This document shows, one piece after another, positions 51,811 through 62,158 of a DNA stretch of 64,000 nucleotides (positions are counted from its first letter, which is position 1; the number at the start of each line of letters is the position of its first letter). This DNA comes from an uncultured Spirochaetota bacterium (GTDB taxonomy: Bacteria > Spirochaetota > Spirochaetia > SZUA-6 > Fen-1364). The stretch is taken from assembly GCA_963734545.1 (NCBI GenBank), contig CAVTHO010000004.1, positions 719,974 through 783,973 of the forward strand. Direction: 5' to 3'. A program made the position numbers and the translations under genes. The notes under the pieces were generated by a model. The model was given only the letters and a program-made list of their open reading frames with translations, was not told where the DNA came from and did no database searches.

Positions 51811-53891
51811 AGAGGACTACCTCCACCTCGGTACCCTTTTTCGGCACGCTCGCCACCCGGATGTCGCCGCCGGCCCGCTTGACGATGGCAAAGGAGATCG
51901 ACAGACCGAGGCCGTTGCCCTGCGTTGCCAGCTTCGTGGTGAAAAAGGGATCGAAGATGCTCTTCATGTTGGCGGGGTCGATGCCGGCGCCGTCGTCCGC
52001 AATGGAGAGCAGCGCCCGGCCGTCACTGTCCCGCGAGGTGCTCATGCGGATGGCACCGCCGTCCTCGCAGGCCTCGCAGGCGTTCAGAAGGATGTTGAGA
52101 ATGACCTGCTTGAGCTCGTCCGGTGCGCAGACCACCGCGGGGAGCCCGGGCGCGAGATCGAGCGAAAGGCTCACGTGCCGGCGGGCAAGGGTGAAACGCA
52201 GCACCTCCGCCGTTTCCCCGGTCACCTTGTTCAGATCTGCCCGCGCCTCGCGGCTCCCCGTGGGCGCCGAATAGGCGCGGATGCGCGCAATGAGGGCGGC
52301 AATACGATTCGTCTCGCTCTCGATCCACGAGAGAGAGTCGAGCTTGTCTCCCTCCCGCTCCACCGCCTTCAGGTAGTTCACGTGGGAGAGAATCGACCCG
52401 AGCGGATTGTTGATCTCGTGCGCCATGCCCGCGGAAAGGATCCCGAGGGAGGTGACCTTGTCCGCGATGGTCATCCCGGCCCAGAACCGCTCGGCGGCGG
52501 TGATATCCTCCAGCACGATCAGCGACCCCCGCCTGCTCCCGGAGAGCGCGATGGTGGATATCTTCGCGGTGAAGTGCAGGGGCTGATCGCCCGGCCGCGC
52601 CATCTCCAGGCCTTCCACGACCGATTCCCGGTCGAGCGCGAAGGACATCCCGTCCAGACGGCCTCCGCGCAGCGTCATGCAGCGCTCCAGCACGTCGCGG
52701 AACGGGAGGCCCCGCAGGGCGGCGAATTCAGTGGACAGCAGCGAGGCGAAGTAGCTGTTGCAGAACTCGATGGCCCCCGCCGCGTCGGTCACGACCACGG
52801 CCGCCTTGATGCTGTTCATGATCCGCTCGTTGTACGCGTGCAGCAGGCTGATCTGCTCGAGCTGGTCCGCGATGATCAGGTTCTCCCGGATCAGGGTGCT
52901 CACCATTTCGTGAAAGGCGCCGGCGAGGAACCCGATCTCGTCACGGGACCGGATTGCCAGCTCGCCCATCTCGCCCGTGTCCATGTAGCGATGCAGCCAC
53001 TGGCTCAGGCGGCTGAACGGAGCGATGACGGGAGCCGTGATGCCGGCCGCAAGGAAGAGGGACGCGGCCAGGGTCACGAGAAACGCGGTGAGGTAGGAGA
53101 GGAGCACGGAACGCACGTACACCCGCTCGGCAAGGAGCGAGCGGGAGGAGACGAGATACAGCTTGTCCGGAAGATCGGCGGAGAGCGCGCGGGAGTACAC
53201 GCTGTACGGCTGGTCACCGAAGCGCATTGCCCTGGCCGTGGAGGGGACCTTCCGTTTCGAAGGATCGCAGCGAGGAGACCGAGCCGATGGGGGTCTTGCC
53301 GACGAAGAAGGCGATCTCCGTTCCCGTGCTTTCCCAGTTCTCCTCGGACAGGCGCTTCTGCACGTCCGTCACCAGGTACAGGTGCCGCGCGGCGCCCCCC
53401 GGAGTGTCGACGGTGGCACCGGTGACGAGGAAAAGGCGCAGCACGCCGGCCCGGTCCGTGGCGGTGACGAACTGGTTGCGCGGGAAGCGATAGTCCTCCG
53501 GCCGCAGCCGCTCGAGGGGGAAGTCATCCGCTGCCTGGCCGATGCCGGCGCGCACGTCCACCACGACAGTGCCCGGGTCCGCCGCCAGGACGATGCGGTC
53601 CGCATTCGTCAGGCTGATGAAGTAGCGCATCAGCTCCTGCAGGGAGTCCACGGAAGCCGCGGCCACCTGCGCGGTCTGCAGGGAAAAACGGAGATGATAA
53701 ATGTCGGTGTACAGCCTGTGCTTCAGCTCCTCCACGTTGGCCCGCGCGCGATCCCAGTCCCTGCGGAGGTCAGTCTCCATGGCGTCACGGGTCCCGGAGA
53801 CAAAAGAGACGAGGGTGAAGGTGCCTGTCACGGCGATCTGCAGGAGAAGCGTGACGAGGATCCCGGTGAGGAGCTTTGTCCTGAGTCTCAT
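51782..53891 (-). CDS. Membrane sensor histidine kinase (HAMP-PAS-HisKA-HATPase; frameshift near 53225)
   Basis: Two TMs, DEIGFLA HAMP, PAS, AHEINNPL, NILLNA, DDGAGI, FDPFFTTK and GNGLGL. Confidence 0.92.
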
Positions 53892-53936
53892 TGCCGTGAC
53901 ATGCGGAGGGGCGGCCGGGGGGCCGCCCGCGCCCCG

Positions 53937-55121
53937 CTAACGGCGGGCACGCCGCGCGGTCACATCGAAGATCACGGCTGCCGCCAGCACCGCGCCCCGG
54001 ACGATGTACTGGGACGAGATGTCCGTGCCCATGAGGTTCATGCCGCTCGTGAGGGCGATGTACACCACCGCGCCGACCAGCGATCCCATGATCTTTCCGA
54101 CGCCCCCTGCTGCCGATACGCCGCCGATGAACGCCGCGGCAATGGAATCCAGCTCGAACAGGGTTCCGGCGGTGGTCGTGGCGGACTGGAGGCGGGAAGC
54201 GAAAAGCATTCCCGAGAGCCCCGAGAGCATCCCCATGGATCCGAAAACGAGATACGTGATCCTCTTGACGCTGATGCCGCTGAGCTCGGCGGCCTCGGGA
54301 TTGCCGCCCACCGCATAGATGTGCCGCCCGAGCACCGTCTGGTTGGTAATGAAGTCATAGACGCCCACCACGATCAGCATGATCACGAGAGTCCACGAAA
54401 GCCCGTTATAACCGGCAAGCACCCAGGTGATGAGCGCAAGGACGACGGATATGAGGACGAGCTTGAGGACGAACATGTCCATGGGAAGCACTTCGAAGCT
54501 GTAGGCGAGCTTGCTGCGGCGGCTGCGGATCTGGCTGATGATGTACCAGACGATGGCCAGGGCGCCCAGGAGCAGGGTGAGCTTGTGCACGCCGGGGAGG
54601 AGCGCCACGGACGGGAAGAGGTCGGGAACGTAGCCGTTGCCAATGGCATTGAAGATCCTGTCCGGAATGATGATCGTGCCGGACTTCAGGGTGACCAGCA
54701 GCAGGGCGCCACGATAGATGAGCCACCCGGCCAGCGACGCGACAAAGGCGGGGATGCCGAGCTGCGCGACAGGAAAGGCGGTGACGAGCCCCGCGGCCGC
54801 CCCGAGCACGAGGACCATGGGGATGACCACGTACACCGGCAGGTGCCAGAACACGAGCCCGATGGCGGCAATGGCGCCGAGGAAGCCCGACAGGTATCCC
54901 ACCGACAGGTCGATGTGCCGGATGACGATGACGAGCGTCATACCGACGGCCAGCACGGCGATGTAGCCGGTCTGGTTCATGAGGTTGCTGATGTTGCGGG
55001 AGGAGATGAAAATGCCCTTTGTCGTTATGGTGAAGAAGATGATGATAGTGAGCAGCGCAAAGTACATGCCGTAATCGCGGATGTTCTGTCGCAGCGCTTT
55101 CTGCAGATCTTTGACGGTCAC
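53937..55121 (-). CDS. gguB: Multiple-sugar ABC transporter permease
   Basis: IDLSVG, GRHIYAVGGNPEAAELSGI and ELDSIAAAFIGG. Confidence 0.88.
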   Translation of the reverse strand: MTVKDLQKALRQNIRDYGMYFALLTIIIFFTITTKGIFISSRNISNLMNQTGYIAVLAVGMTLVIVIRHIDLSVGYLSGFLGAIAAIGLVFWHLPVYVVIPMVLVLGAAAGLVTAFPVAQLGIPAFVASLAGWLIYRGALLLVTLKSGTIIIPDRIFNAIGNGYVPDLFPSVALLPGVHKLTLLLGALAIVWYIISQIRSRRSKLAYSFEVLPMDMFVLKLVLISVVLALITWVLAGYNGLSWTLVIMLIVVGVYDFITNQTVLGRHIYAVGGNPEAAELSGISVKRITYLVFGSMGMLSGLSGMLFASRLQSATTTAGTLFELDSIAAAFIGGVSAAGGVGKIMGSLVGAVVYIALTSGMNLMGTDISSQYIVRGAVLAAAVIFDVTARRARR

Positions 55122-55133
55122 GGTGCGCCTCCT

Positions 55134-56654
55134 CTAGCTCGTTGCAAGCTGCATGATCTTTTCCTGAGTCGCCTCCGCCGTCGGCATCTCGCCGGCGATC
55201 TTTCCGGAGGAGACAACATACACCCGATCGCTCATGCCCAGGATCTCGGGCAGCTCCGAGGATATCATGATGATGCTCATGCCCTGCTCGACCAGCCTGT
55301 TCATGATCGTGTAGATCTCGTACTTCGCGCCCACGTCTATCCCCCGGGTGGGCTCATCGAGGATGAGCACCTGGGGCTTGACGAACAGCCACTTGGCCAC
55401 GGACACCTTCTGCTGGTTGCCTCCGCTCAGGTTGGAGACCGTCTGCTCCAGGCTCGGCGTCTTGATGCTGAGCGCGTTCTTGTACTCTTCCGCGACCTTC
55501 ACCTCCGCGTTCGCGTTCACGACTCCGCGGCGCGCGATCTCCCGCAGGTTCGCCAGCGTGATGTTCTGCTTGACGTCCTGGATCAGGATCAGCCCGTTGC
55601 GTTTCCTGTCCTCCGTGGCGTAGGCCACGGCTGAATCGATGGCGTCCCGTGGATGAGAGAAATGCCTGGGTTCGCCTTTGAGGAGCATTTCGCCCTGGAT
55701 GTGGTAGCCGTCCGGGTTGCCGAAGATGCTTTTGGCAAGCTCCGTGCGTCCCGAGCCCATGAGACCGGCAAAGCCGACGATCTCGCCCTTCTTCACCCGG
55801 AAGCTGACGTCCTTCAGGATCGTCCTGCCGAGGTTCGGATCATAGGCGCTCCAGTTCTTCACTTCCAGCATCGTGTCGTCGGAGCGCTCGTGCTTTCTCC
55901 TGGGATAGATGTTGTCGATCTCCCGGCCGACCATGTGCTTGATCAGCACCCCCTCGGAGACTTCGCCGCGCCGGGCGCTCAGCGTGCAGATGGTCTGGCC
56001 GTCACGCAGCACGGTGACCGTGTCCGCGATCTTTATGACTTCCTTCAGCTTGTGGGAGATGAGCACGCACGTGACCCCGTGTTCCTTGAGCCCGCGGATG
56101 AGATTCAGCAGGTTCTCACAGTCGTCCTCGTTCAGGGCCGCCGTGGGCTCATCCAGGATGAGAAGCTTCACGTCCCTGCTGAGGGCCTTGGCGATCTCGA
56201 TGAGCTGCTGCTTGCCGACCCCGAGGTCTTTCACCTTTGTGGCCGGGTTCACGGTCAGCCGCACCTTCCCCAGCATCTCGTGCGCCCTCTTGATCGTTTC
56301 GTTCCAATCCACCGTGAAGCCGTTGCCCACCTCGTGGCCGAGGAAGATGTTCTCGTATACCGTCATCTCGGGCACGAGCGCCAGCTCCTGGTAGATGATG
56401 GCGATACCGGCCTTCTCGCTGTCCGCGATGCTCCGGAACTCCAGCGTTTTTCCCCCGAAGACGATCTCTCCCGTGTACTCGCCGTGGGGGTGCACGCCGC
56501 TCAGCACCTTCATCAGCGTGGATTTCCCCGCCCCGTTCTCCCCCACGAGACAGTGGATCTCGTGCTCCTCCACCTTGAAGCTGACATTGTCCAGGGCGAC
56601 CACCCCGGGGAACGTCTTGGTGATGTTTTTCATCTCCAGTATGGGCGTACTCAT
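55134..56654 (-). CDS. gguA: Multiple-sugar ABC transporter ATP-binding protein
   Basis: GENGAGKSTLMKVLSG, LSGGNQQKV and DEPTRGIDVGAKYEIY. Confidence 0.9.
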   Translation of the reverse strand: MSTPILEMKNITKTFPGVVALDNVSFKVEEHEIHCLVGENGAGKSTLMKVLSGVHPHGEYTGEIVFGGKTLEFRSIADSEKAGIAIIYQELALVPEMTVYENIFLGHEVGNGFTVDWNETIKRAHEMLGKVRLTVNPATKVKDLGVGKQQLIEIAKALSRDVKLLILDEPTAALNEDDCENLLNLIRGLKEHGVTCVLISHKLKEVIKIADTVTVLRDGQTICTLSARRGEVSEGVLIKHMVGREIDNIYPRRKHERSDDTMLEVKNWSAYDPNLGRTILKDVSFRVKKGEIVGFAGLMGSGRTELAKSIFGNPDGYHIQGEMLLKGEPRHFSHPRDAIDSAVAYATEDRKRNGLILIQDVKQNITLANLREIARRGVVNANAEVKVAEEYKNALSIKTPSLEQTVSNLSGGNQQKVSVAKWLFVKPQVLILDEPTRGIDVGAKYEIYTIMNRLVEQGMSIIMISSELPEILGMSDRVYVVSSGKIAGEMPTAEATQEKIMQLATS

Positions 56655-56697
56655 TTCGGCTCCGCTTTCACGAAGATGCGAACAGGTCTGTTATATT

Positions 56698-56735
56698 ACA
56701 GGAACAGCGGAGGACGTGTCCACCGCTGTCCCTGT
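56698..56735 (-). other. Intercistronic stem-loop after the SBP gene (likely mRNA-stabilising)
   Basis: ACAGG.ACAGCGG.GGAC-GT-GTCC.CCGCTGT.CCTGT; no U-tract on the coding strand. Confidence 0.55.
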
Positions 56736-56766
56736 TTGGATCACTTTTATGGAAGAGAAGTCAGGA

Positions 56767-57873
56767 TCAGAGTCCCGTGAACTCGCTCGCGGGCCAATAC
56801 CCGGAATCGACGATCGTGGCCTTCACGTTGTCCCTCGTCACGGTGACGATGGCGGACGGCTTGGCAGGGACATCGACCTTGCCATTGTTGTACGAGTTGG
56901 TCTTTGCCGGTGTCTGCCCCTTCAGGTAGGCGATTGCCGCCGCGATGGCGTCGTTCACAAGCACCCGGACGTCCTTCAGGACCGTCATGGACTGCTTGCC
57001 GTCGATGATGTACTGGATGGAAGCCTTCTCCGCATCCTGGCCCGAGATGTAGTACTTCGTCACGGCCTTGTCGGCGGCGAAGGCGTCCGCGATGGCGCGG
57101 GCCGTGCCGTCGTTCGGCGCGCAGATGTACACGGTGCCCTTGGAGCTGTCAGGGGCCGACGTGAGGTTGGCTTCCGCCAGGTTCTTGGCATCGTTGAAGT
57201 TCCAGTTCGTGGTGACCTGGCCGATGATCTTTCCCATTTCATCGCGGGAGAGGTTGGCCTTGCCCTGGAGGGCGACCGCCTCGCTCGAGTTGCGGATGGT
57301 GAAGGTGCCGTCCGCGATCTTGGGCTGCAGGACGCTCCACGCACCCTGGAAGAAGAGGAACGCATTGTTGTCGGAAGCGGCGCCGGCGTACAGGTACAGG
57401 TTGTTGCCCTTTCCGGAGGCGTTCTTCGCGAGATACGTGCCCCACGCCGCGCCCACCGCGACGCTGTCGAAAGTGACGTAGTAGTCGACGGATGCCGTGT
57501 CGCGGATCAGGCGGTCATACGAGATGACCTTGATCCCTGCCGCACGAGCCTCGTCCGCCGCTGCAGCCGCCGCTGAGGCGTCCTGGGGGCAGATGATGAT
57601 GACTTTGACGCCGCCGGAGATAAGGGACTCGACGTTCGCCTTCTCCTTTGCGGAGTCTCCCTGGCTGAAAAGGATCTGGACATTGTAGCCGGCCTTCTTG
57701 AATGCATCCTGGAACCGGGTCTGGTCCTGGATCCACCTCGGCTCATCCTTTGTGGGCAGGACGACGCCAACGGCAAGCTTGGACGCGGCGCCTTCCTGGG
57801 TGCCGCCTGCAAAAGCCAGGAACGGCAGGACCAGCAGGGCGAGGGCCACTACTAGTGTAAAACGTGCTCTCAT
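56767..57873 (-). CDS. chvE: Multiple-sugar-binding protein (ChvE-like)
   Basis: LPTKDEPRWIQD, SYDRLI, DYYVTFD, SDNNA, APNDGTA and GQDAE. Confidence 0.88.
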   Translation of the reverse strand: MRARFTLVVALALLVLPFLAFAGGTQEGAASKLAVGVVLPTKDEPRWIQDQTRFQDAFKKAGYNVQILFSQGDSAKEKANVESLISGGVKVIIICPQDASAAAAAADEARAAGIKVISYDRLIRDTASVDYYVTFDSVAVGAAWGTYLAKNASGKGNNLYLYAGAASDNNAFLFFQGAWSVLQPKIADGTFTIRNSSEAVALQGKANLSRDEMGKIIGQVTTNWNFNDAKNLAEANLTSAPDSSKGTVYICAPNDGTARAIADAFAADKAVTKYYISGQDAEKASIQYIIDGKQSMTVLKDVRVLVNDAIAAAIAYLKGQTPAKTNSYNNGKVDVPAKPSAIVTVTRDNVKATIVDSGYWPASEFTGL

Positions 57874-57905
57874 CTTTTGGGAACCTCCTATATGATAACA
57901 ACTTA

Positions 57906-57921
57906 AGCAATACCCATGCCA
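57906..57921 (-). promoter_or_regulatory. Sigma54 (-24/-12) promoter of the sugar operon
   Basis: Minus strand TGGCATG-GGTA-TTGCT; GGAGG RBS downstream; AT-rich tract upstream. Confidence 0.85.
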
Positions 57922-58021
57922 AAGGACAGGCATTTGGCCTTAATATAATTCATTATCTGAGAATAAATTATAATCCATGCGGCCGCGACACTTATGCAGG
58001 ATCACAGGCACTGTGCGCAAG

Positions 58022-58115
58022 TGTTTCTTCATAGTAACACTCGTCTACTCAAATGCGGGATTGTCAGGGAAAAAGTGTTTCCTCAAGGGGACAATATTGT
58101 TTCCTTCGTTACGCA
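58022..58115. promoter_or_regulatory. Candidate enhancer (UAS) sites TGTTTC-N9-RCA, three copies
   Basis: TGTTTCTTCATAGTAACA (58022), TGTTTCCTCAAGGGGACA (58076), TGTTTCCTTCGTTACGCA (58098). Confidence 0.6.
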
Positions 58116-58184
58116 TTCAACCCGCATTCAATCGATCGGCCGAGGAGTCTTGGCAATCCACGACCCTGCACGTATGCTTCCCCC

Positions 58185-61100
58185 ATGCCGGCCGTGACCC
58201 CGCCGCAACTTTCGGCCTCATTGCCCGTACGTGGATCCCCGTCTCATCGCGGAGCATGTCTCCCGGCTCGACTCGCGCTATTTCGAGCGCTTCGACCGTG
58301 GGGCGATTGCCCGGCACCTGGAGGGGCTGGCATCGATCACGCCCGCCCGGGCCGCCGTGCTGCAGGTTGAGCGGCTCCCGGAAGGCGAGCTTGCCTGCAC
58401 CGTGCTTGCCTTCGATTACCCGGGAGCTTTTTCACTGATCACGGGAGTCCTCTCGTCCCTGGGGTTCGACATCAGGTCCGGTGACATATTCACGTGGAGC
58501 CCGGCAAGACCGGACGCGCCGCGGTCCCTCGAGCTGCGCCGGAGACGGATCATAGACCGCTTCACCGGCATTGTTGCCGAAGGAGATTGGAGCGAGGACT
58601 GGGAGCCGTCTCTGGCCGCGCGGCTGGCAGAGGTATTCGACGGTCTCGAGCGCGGCGGGGAGGCGGCCATCGTCTCCCGGCGGACGGTGAACGAGCTGGC
58701 CGCGCGCAGGCTGGGTCGGATCAGGTTTGCGCGAGAGGCAGTGCTGTACCCGGTGCAGATCGAGGTGGATTCCTCTCCCTCGGGGCGCACCCGGATGCGC
58801 GTGATCTCCCAGGACACCCCGTTCTTCCTTTTCACGTTCTCCACCGCTCTCACGCTGCAGGAGGTGTCGATCGAGCACGTCACGATCCGCACCGAAACGG
58901 AAAGGATCCAGGACGAGTTCGAGTTCGTGGACGCGGGCGGCCGCGCGATAGTCGACGCATCGCGGATCGACCGGATCAAGCTCTCGGTTCTCCTCACGAA
59001 GCAGTTCACCTCGTTCCTGGAGAGCGCGCCGGATCCCCTGGCCGCGCTCCTTCGCTTCGAGCAGCTCACGAAGGACGTGATCGCGATGCCGCAGCAGGGG
59101 CGATGGGTGGAGCTGCTCTCCGACCAGGGCGTGCTGCGTGACCTTGCCCAGCTCCTCGGGGCAAGCACGTTTCTGTGGGAGGACTTCGTGCGCCTGCAGT
59201 ACGAGGAGCTGCTGCCCATGCTGGCGCCCGCACGTGAGCGGCAGGGGTTTCTGCGAGCCCCTCGAGCTGCTGCCCGATCGCCTCGAGATGGCCCTGGCCG
59301 GGGCAGAGGACACGGAGGAGTTTGCCCGTCGCCTGAACGAGTTCAAGGACCGGGAGATCTATCTCTTCGACCTGGACCACATCCTCACGCCGGGATCCGA
59401 CTTTCTCACGCTGAGCAGGAGGCTCACGGCGCTTGCCGAGCTCGTGGTGGACGCCGCCGCCTCCCACGCCTGGCACGACGCTCCGCGCCAGGTTCGGCGA
59501 GCCCCGCACGGTGGCAGGCCTGCCCGGTCCGCTGCGCGATCATGGGCCTGGGCAAGCTGGGCGGCGTGGCACTCGGATACGCATCGGACATCGAGCTGCT
59601 CTTTGTGTACAGCGACAACGGGTCAACGGCCGGACCCGAGCGCCTCGACAATTCCGAGTTCTTCGACAAGCTGGTGCGGGAGGTGCTCCAGCTCGTCCAT
59701 GCAAAGAGGGAAGGGATATTCCACATCGACCTGCGCCTGCGGCCCTACGGCGCCGCCGGACCGCTGGGGTGCAGCCTGGAGAGCTTCTGCACCTACTACG
59801 CGAACGGCGGCCCGGCGCACTCGTACGAAAGGCTGTCGCTGGTGCGGCTGCGGGCCATCGGGGGGGACAGGAGCCTGGGCAGCCAGGTGGAGCGGCTGCG
59901 TGACGAGATGGTCTACTCGGCGCAGAGCATCGACCTGGTGGAGCTGCGCGCCCTGCGCGCGCGCCAGGTGGAGGAGAAGACGAAAACGGAGCCCGCGCCC
60001 CGTCACCCGCCGCGGCGCTGTCGGCAGCCGCGGCGCCGGTCGCCATCACGGGCCGCGCGAACGCCAAGTTCAGCCCCGGCGCCCTTGTGGACCTCGAATA
60101 CGCGGTGCAGATCCTGCAGGTCACGCACGGCGCCGTGGAGAAGAGACTGCGCACGCCCCGCATCCACGAGGCGCTCGATGCCCTGGCCTCCATCGGCCTG
60201 GTCGAGCATGCGGAGGCGCGCCGAGCTGGTCGCCGCCTACCACTTCTTCCGCACACCTCATCAACGGTCTGCGCATGCTGCGGGGCTCGGCACAGGATCT
60301 CTTCCTTCCGGCGCCCGACTCCGATGAGTACCTGCACCTGGCCCGGCGCATGGGCTATGCCCCCGGAGCCGGAGACCACACCCGCGCAGAAGCTGCACCT
60401 GGACTTCGAAACGCACTCGGCCGAGGTGCGTGCCTTTGTGGAGCGGCACTTCGGCAGGGACAGCCTGCCGGGCGCGCCCGTGGTCAACGCGGCGGACCTG
60501 ATCCTGTCCGACGCCATTCCGCTGGAGCTTGCCCACACGGCGCTCGCGGACCGGGGATTCAGCCGATCCCGCGCGCGCCCTGCTCAATCTTCGGCACATC
60601 GGCGGGGAAGCGGAGAGCGCACCCTTTTTGCCCGGCTGGCCATCCTTGCCTGCGATGTTCTTTCCCAGAGGCCGGACCCCGACATGGCGCTCAACAACTG
60701 GGAGAGGTTCCTCCACGCGCTGCCGGACCCGCACGCGCACCTTCAGCAGATGCTCTCCCAGCCCATGCGGCTGGAGATCCTTCTGAGCATCTTTTCCACG
60801 AGCCAGTTCCTCGCGGACACCCTGGTGCGGGATCCCGAGCTCCTGGACTACATCGGCAGGCCCGAGATCATCACGTGCCGCGGTCGAGCGCCGATATCGC
60901 GGAGGAGCTCGCAGGGGATTTCCGGCGCGCACGCCCGACCGCACGCAGTGGCAGGATGCGCTGCGGAGGTTCCGCCGCAGGGAGATCCTGCGCATCGGGG
61001 CGCGCGACATCTGCCTTGCGCACCCCGACGCAGCGGATCATGGAGGAGCTCTCGGACCTGGCGGACGGCGTCATTTCGGTGGCACTGGCCCGGATCCGCG

Positions 61101-61994
61101 CCCAGGGGGACGACAAGCGGGGCGCCGCGGGTCCATCCGCGGTTCTGCGTGATTGCCTTCGGCAAGCTCGGCGGCCGGGAGCTCAACTACAGCTCGGACA
61201 TCGACCTTCTCGGTCTCTGCGACGCGGCGGACGACCAGGACACCGGTGGAGGCGAGCCTCCGGTCTCATGGAGACCCTCGGCACCGATCTCTCTTCACAC
61301 ACCACGGAGGGATATGCGTACCGCGTGGACCTCCGGCTGCGGCCGTACGGCAGCTCGGGTCAGCTCGTCTTTCCGCTCGGCGCGCTGGCCGAGTACTACG
61401 CAGCAGGCGGCCGCCCTGTGGGAGCTGCAGGCGCTGCTGAAGGCGCGGCCCGTCGCCGGTGACCTCGCGGTCGGCCGTGCGTTCCTCGAGTCCGCGCCGG
61501 GGCCTTGCTCATCGCGGCCCACCCGCAGGCGGAGGTGGCCGCTTCCATCGACAGCCTCCGCCGGGAGGCGCTCAAGGCCTTTCGCGCAGCGTGCTCTCCA
61601 CGACGGACATCAAGACCGGTCTGGGCGGGCTGCGGGACGTGGAGTTCCTGGCGCAGGGGCTGCAGCTCACCCACGCGCACCAGACGGCCCGAGTCTTCTC
61701 TGCGGCGGCACGCTGCCGGCGCTCAGGGCCCTCGGAAGAAGCGGGCATCCTTTCCGTCGAGACCGCCGAGCAGCTCTCCGGCGACTACCTGTTCCTTCGG
61801 CGGGTCGAGCATTTCCTTCAGATCTACGAGGACCGCCAGACGCACAGCCTGCCGCGGGACCCGTCGCAGCTTCGGGCGCTTGCCCGTCTCATGCTGGGAA
61901 GCGGCGCCACGGCGGAGCAGCTTCTGGCAAAGCTCGACAAGCGTTTCGAGAGGGTCCAGGCGGCCTACCAGCGCTTCCTGCAGGGACTCTCTAG
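58185..61994 (+). CDS. glnE: Glutamine synthetase adenylyltransferase/removase with N-terminal ACT domains (many frameshifts)
   Basis: GKLGGVALGYASDIE...IDLRLRPYG and GKLGGRELNYSSDID...VDLRLRPYG; IKTGLGGLRDVEF; FLRRVEHFLQI...QTHSLP. Both ends approximate. Confidence 0.88.
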
Positions 61995-62158
61995 CGCGAC
62001 CGAAGCCTCTCGCCGCGCCTTCCGCTCCTGGCGGAAGGCGCGGCTGCCGGCCTGTGGGTCGCGCGGAAGGGGCCCCAGGGCGGCAGCGCGGTCGCTCCTG
62101 GCGACATTTCGTTGGAGCGCCGAAGGCGCGAAACGGCGGGAGCCCTGGGAGCCGCCCC
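61994..62158. repeat. REP-like multi-hairpin element between convergent glnE and hutH
   Basis: 14-bp stem GCCGCGCCTTCCGC-TCCTG-GCGGAAGGCGCGGC; 62088-62108 is the exact reverse complement of 38668-38688. Confidence 0.8.

Noticed and set aside
53163-55634. Long antisense ORFs (also 19660..21483, 49639..51150, 51752..53425, 6875..8428)
   Set aside because: Shadow ORFs opposite well-supported genes, expected at high GC; no recognisable motifs.
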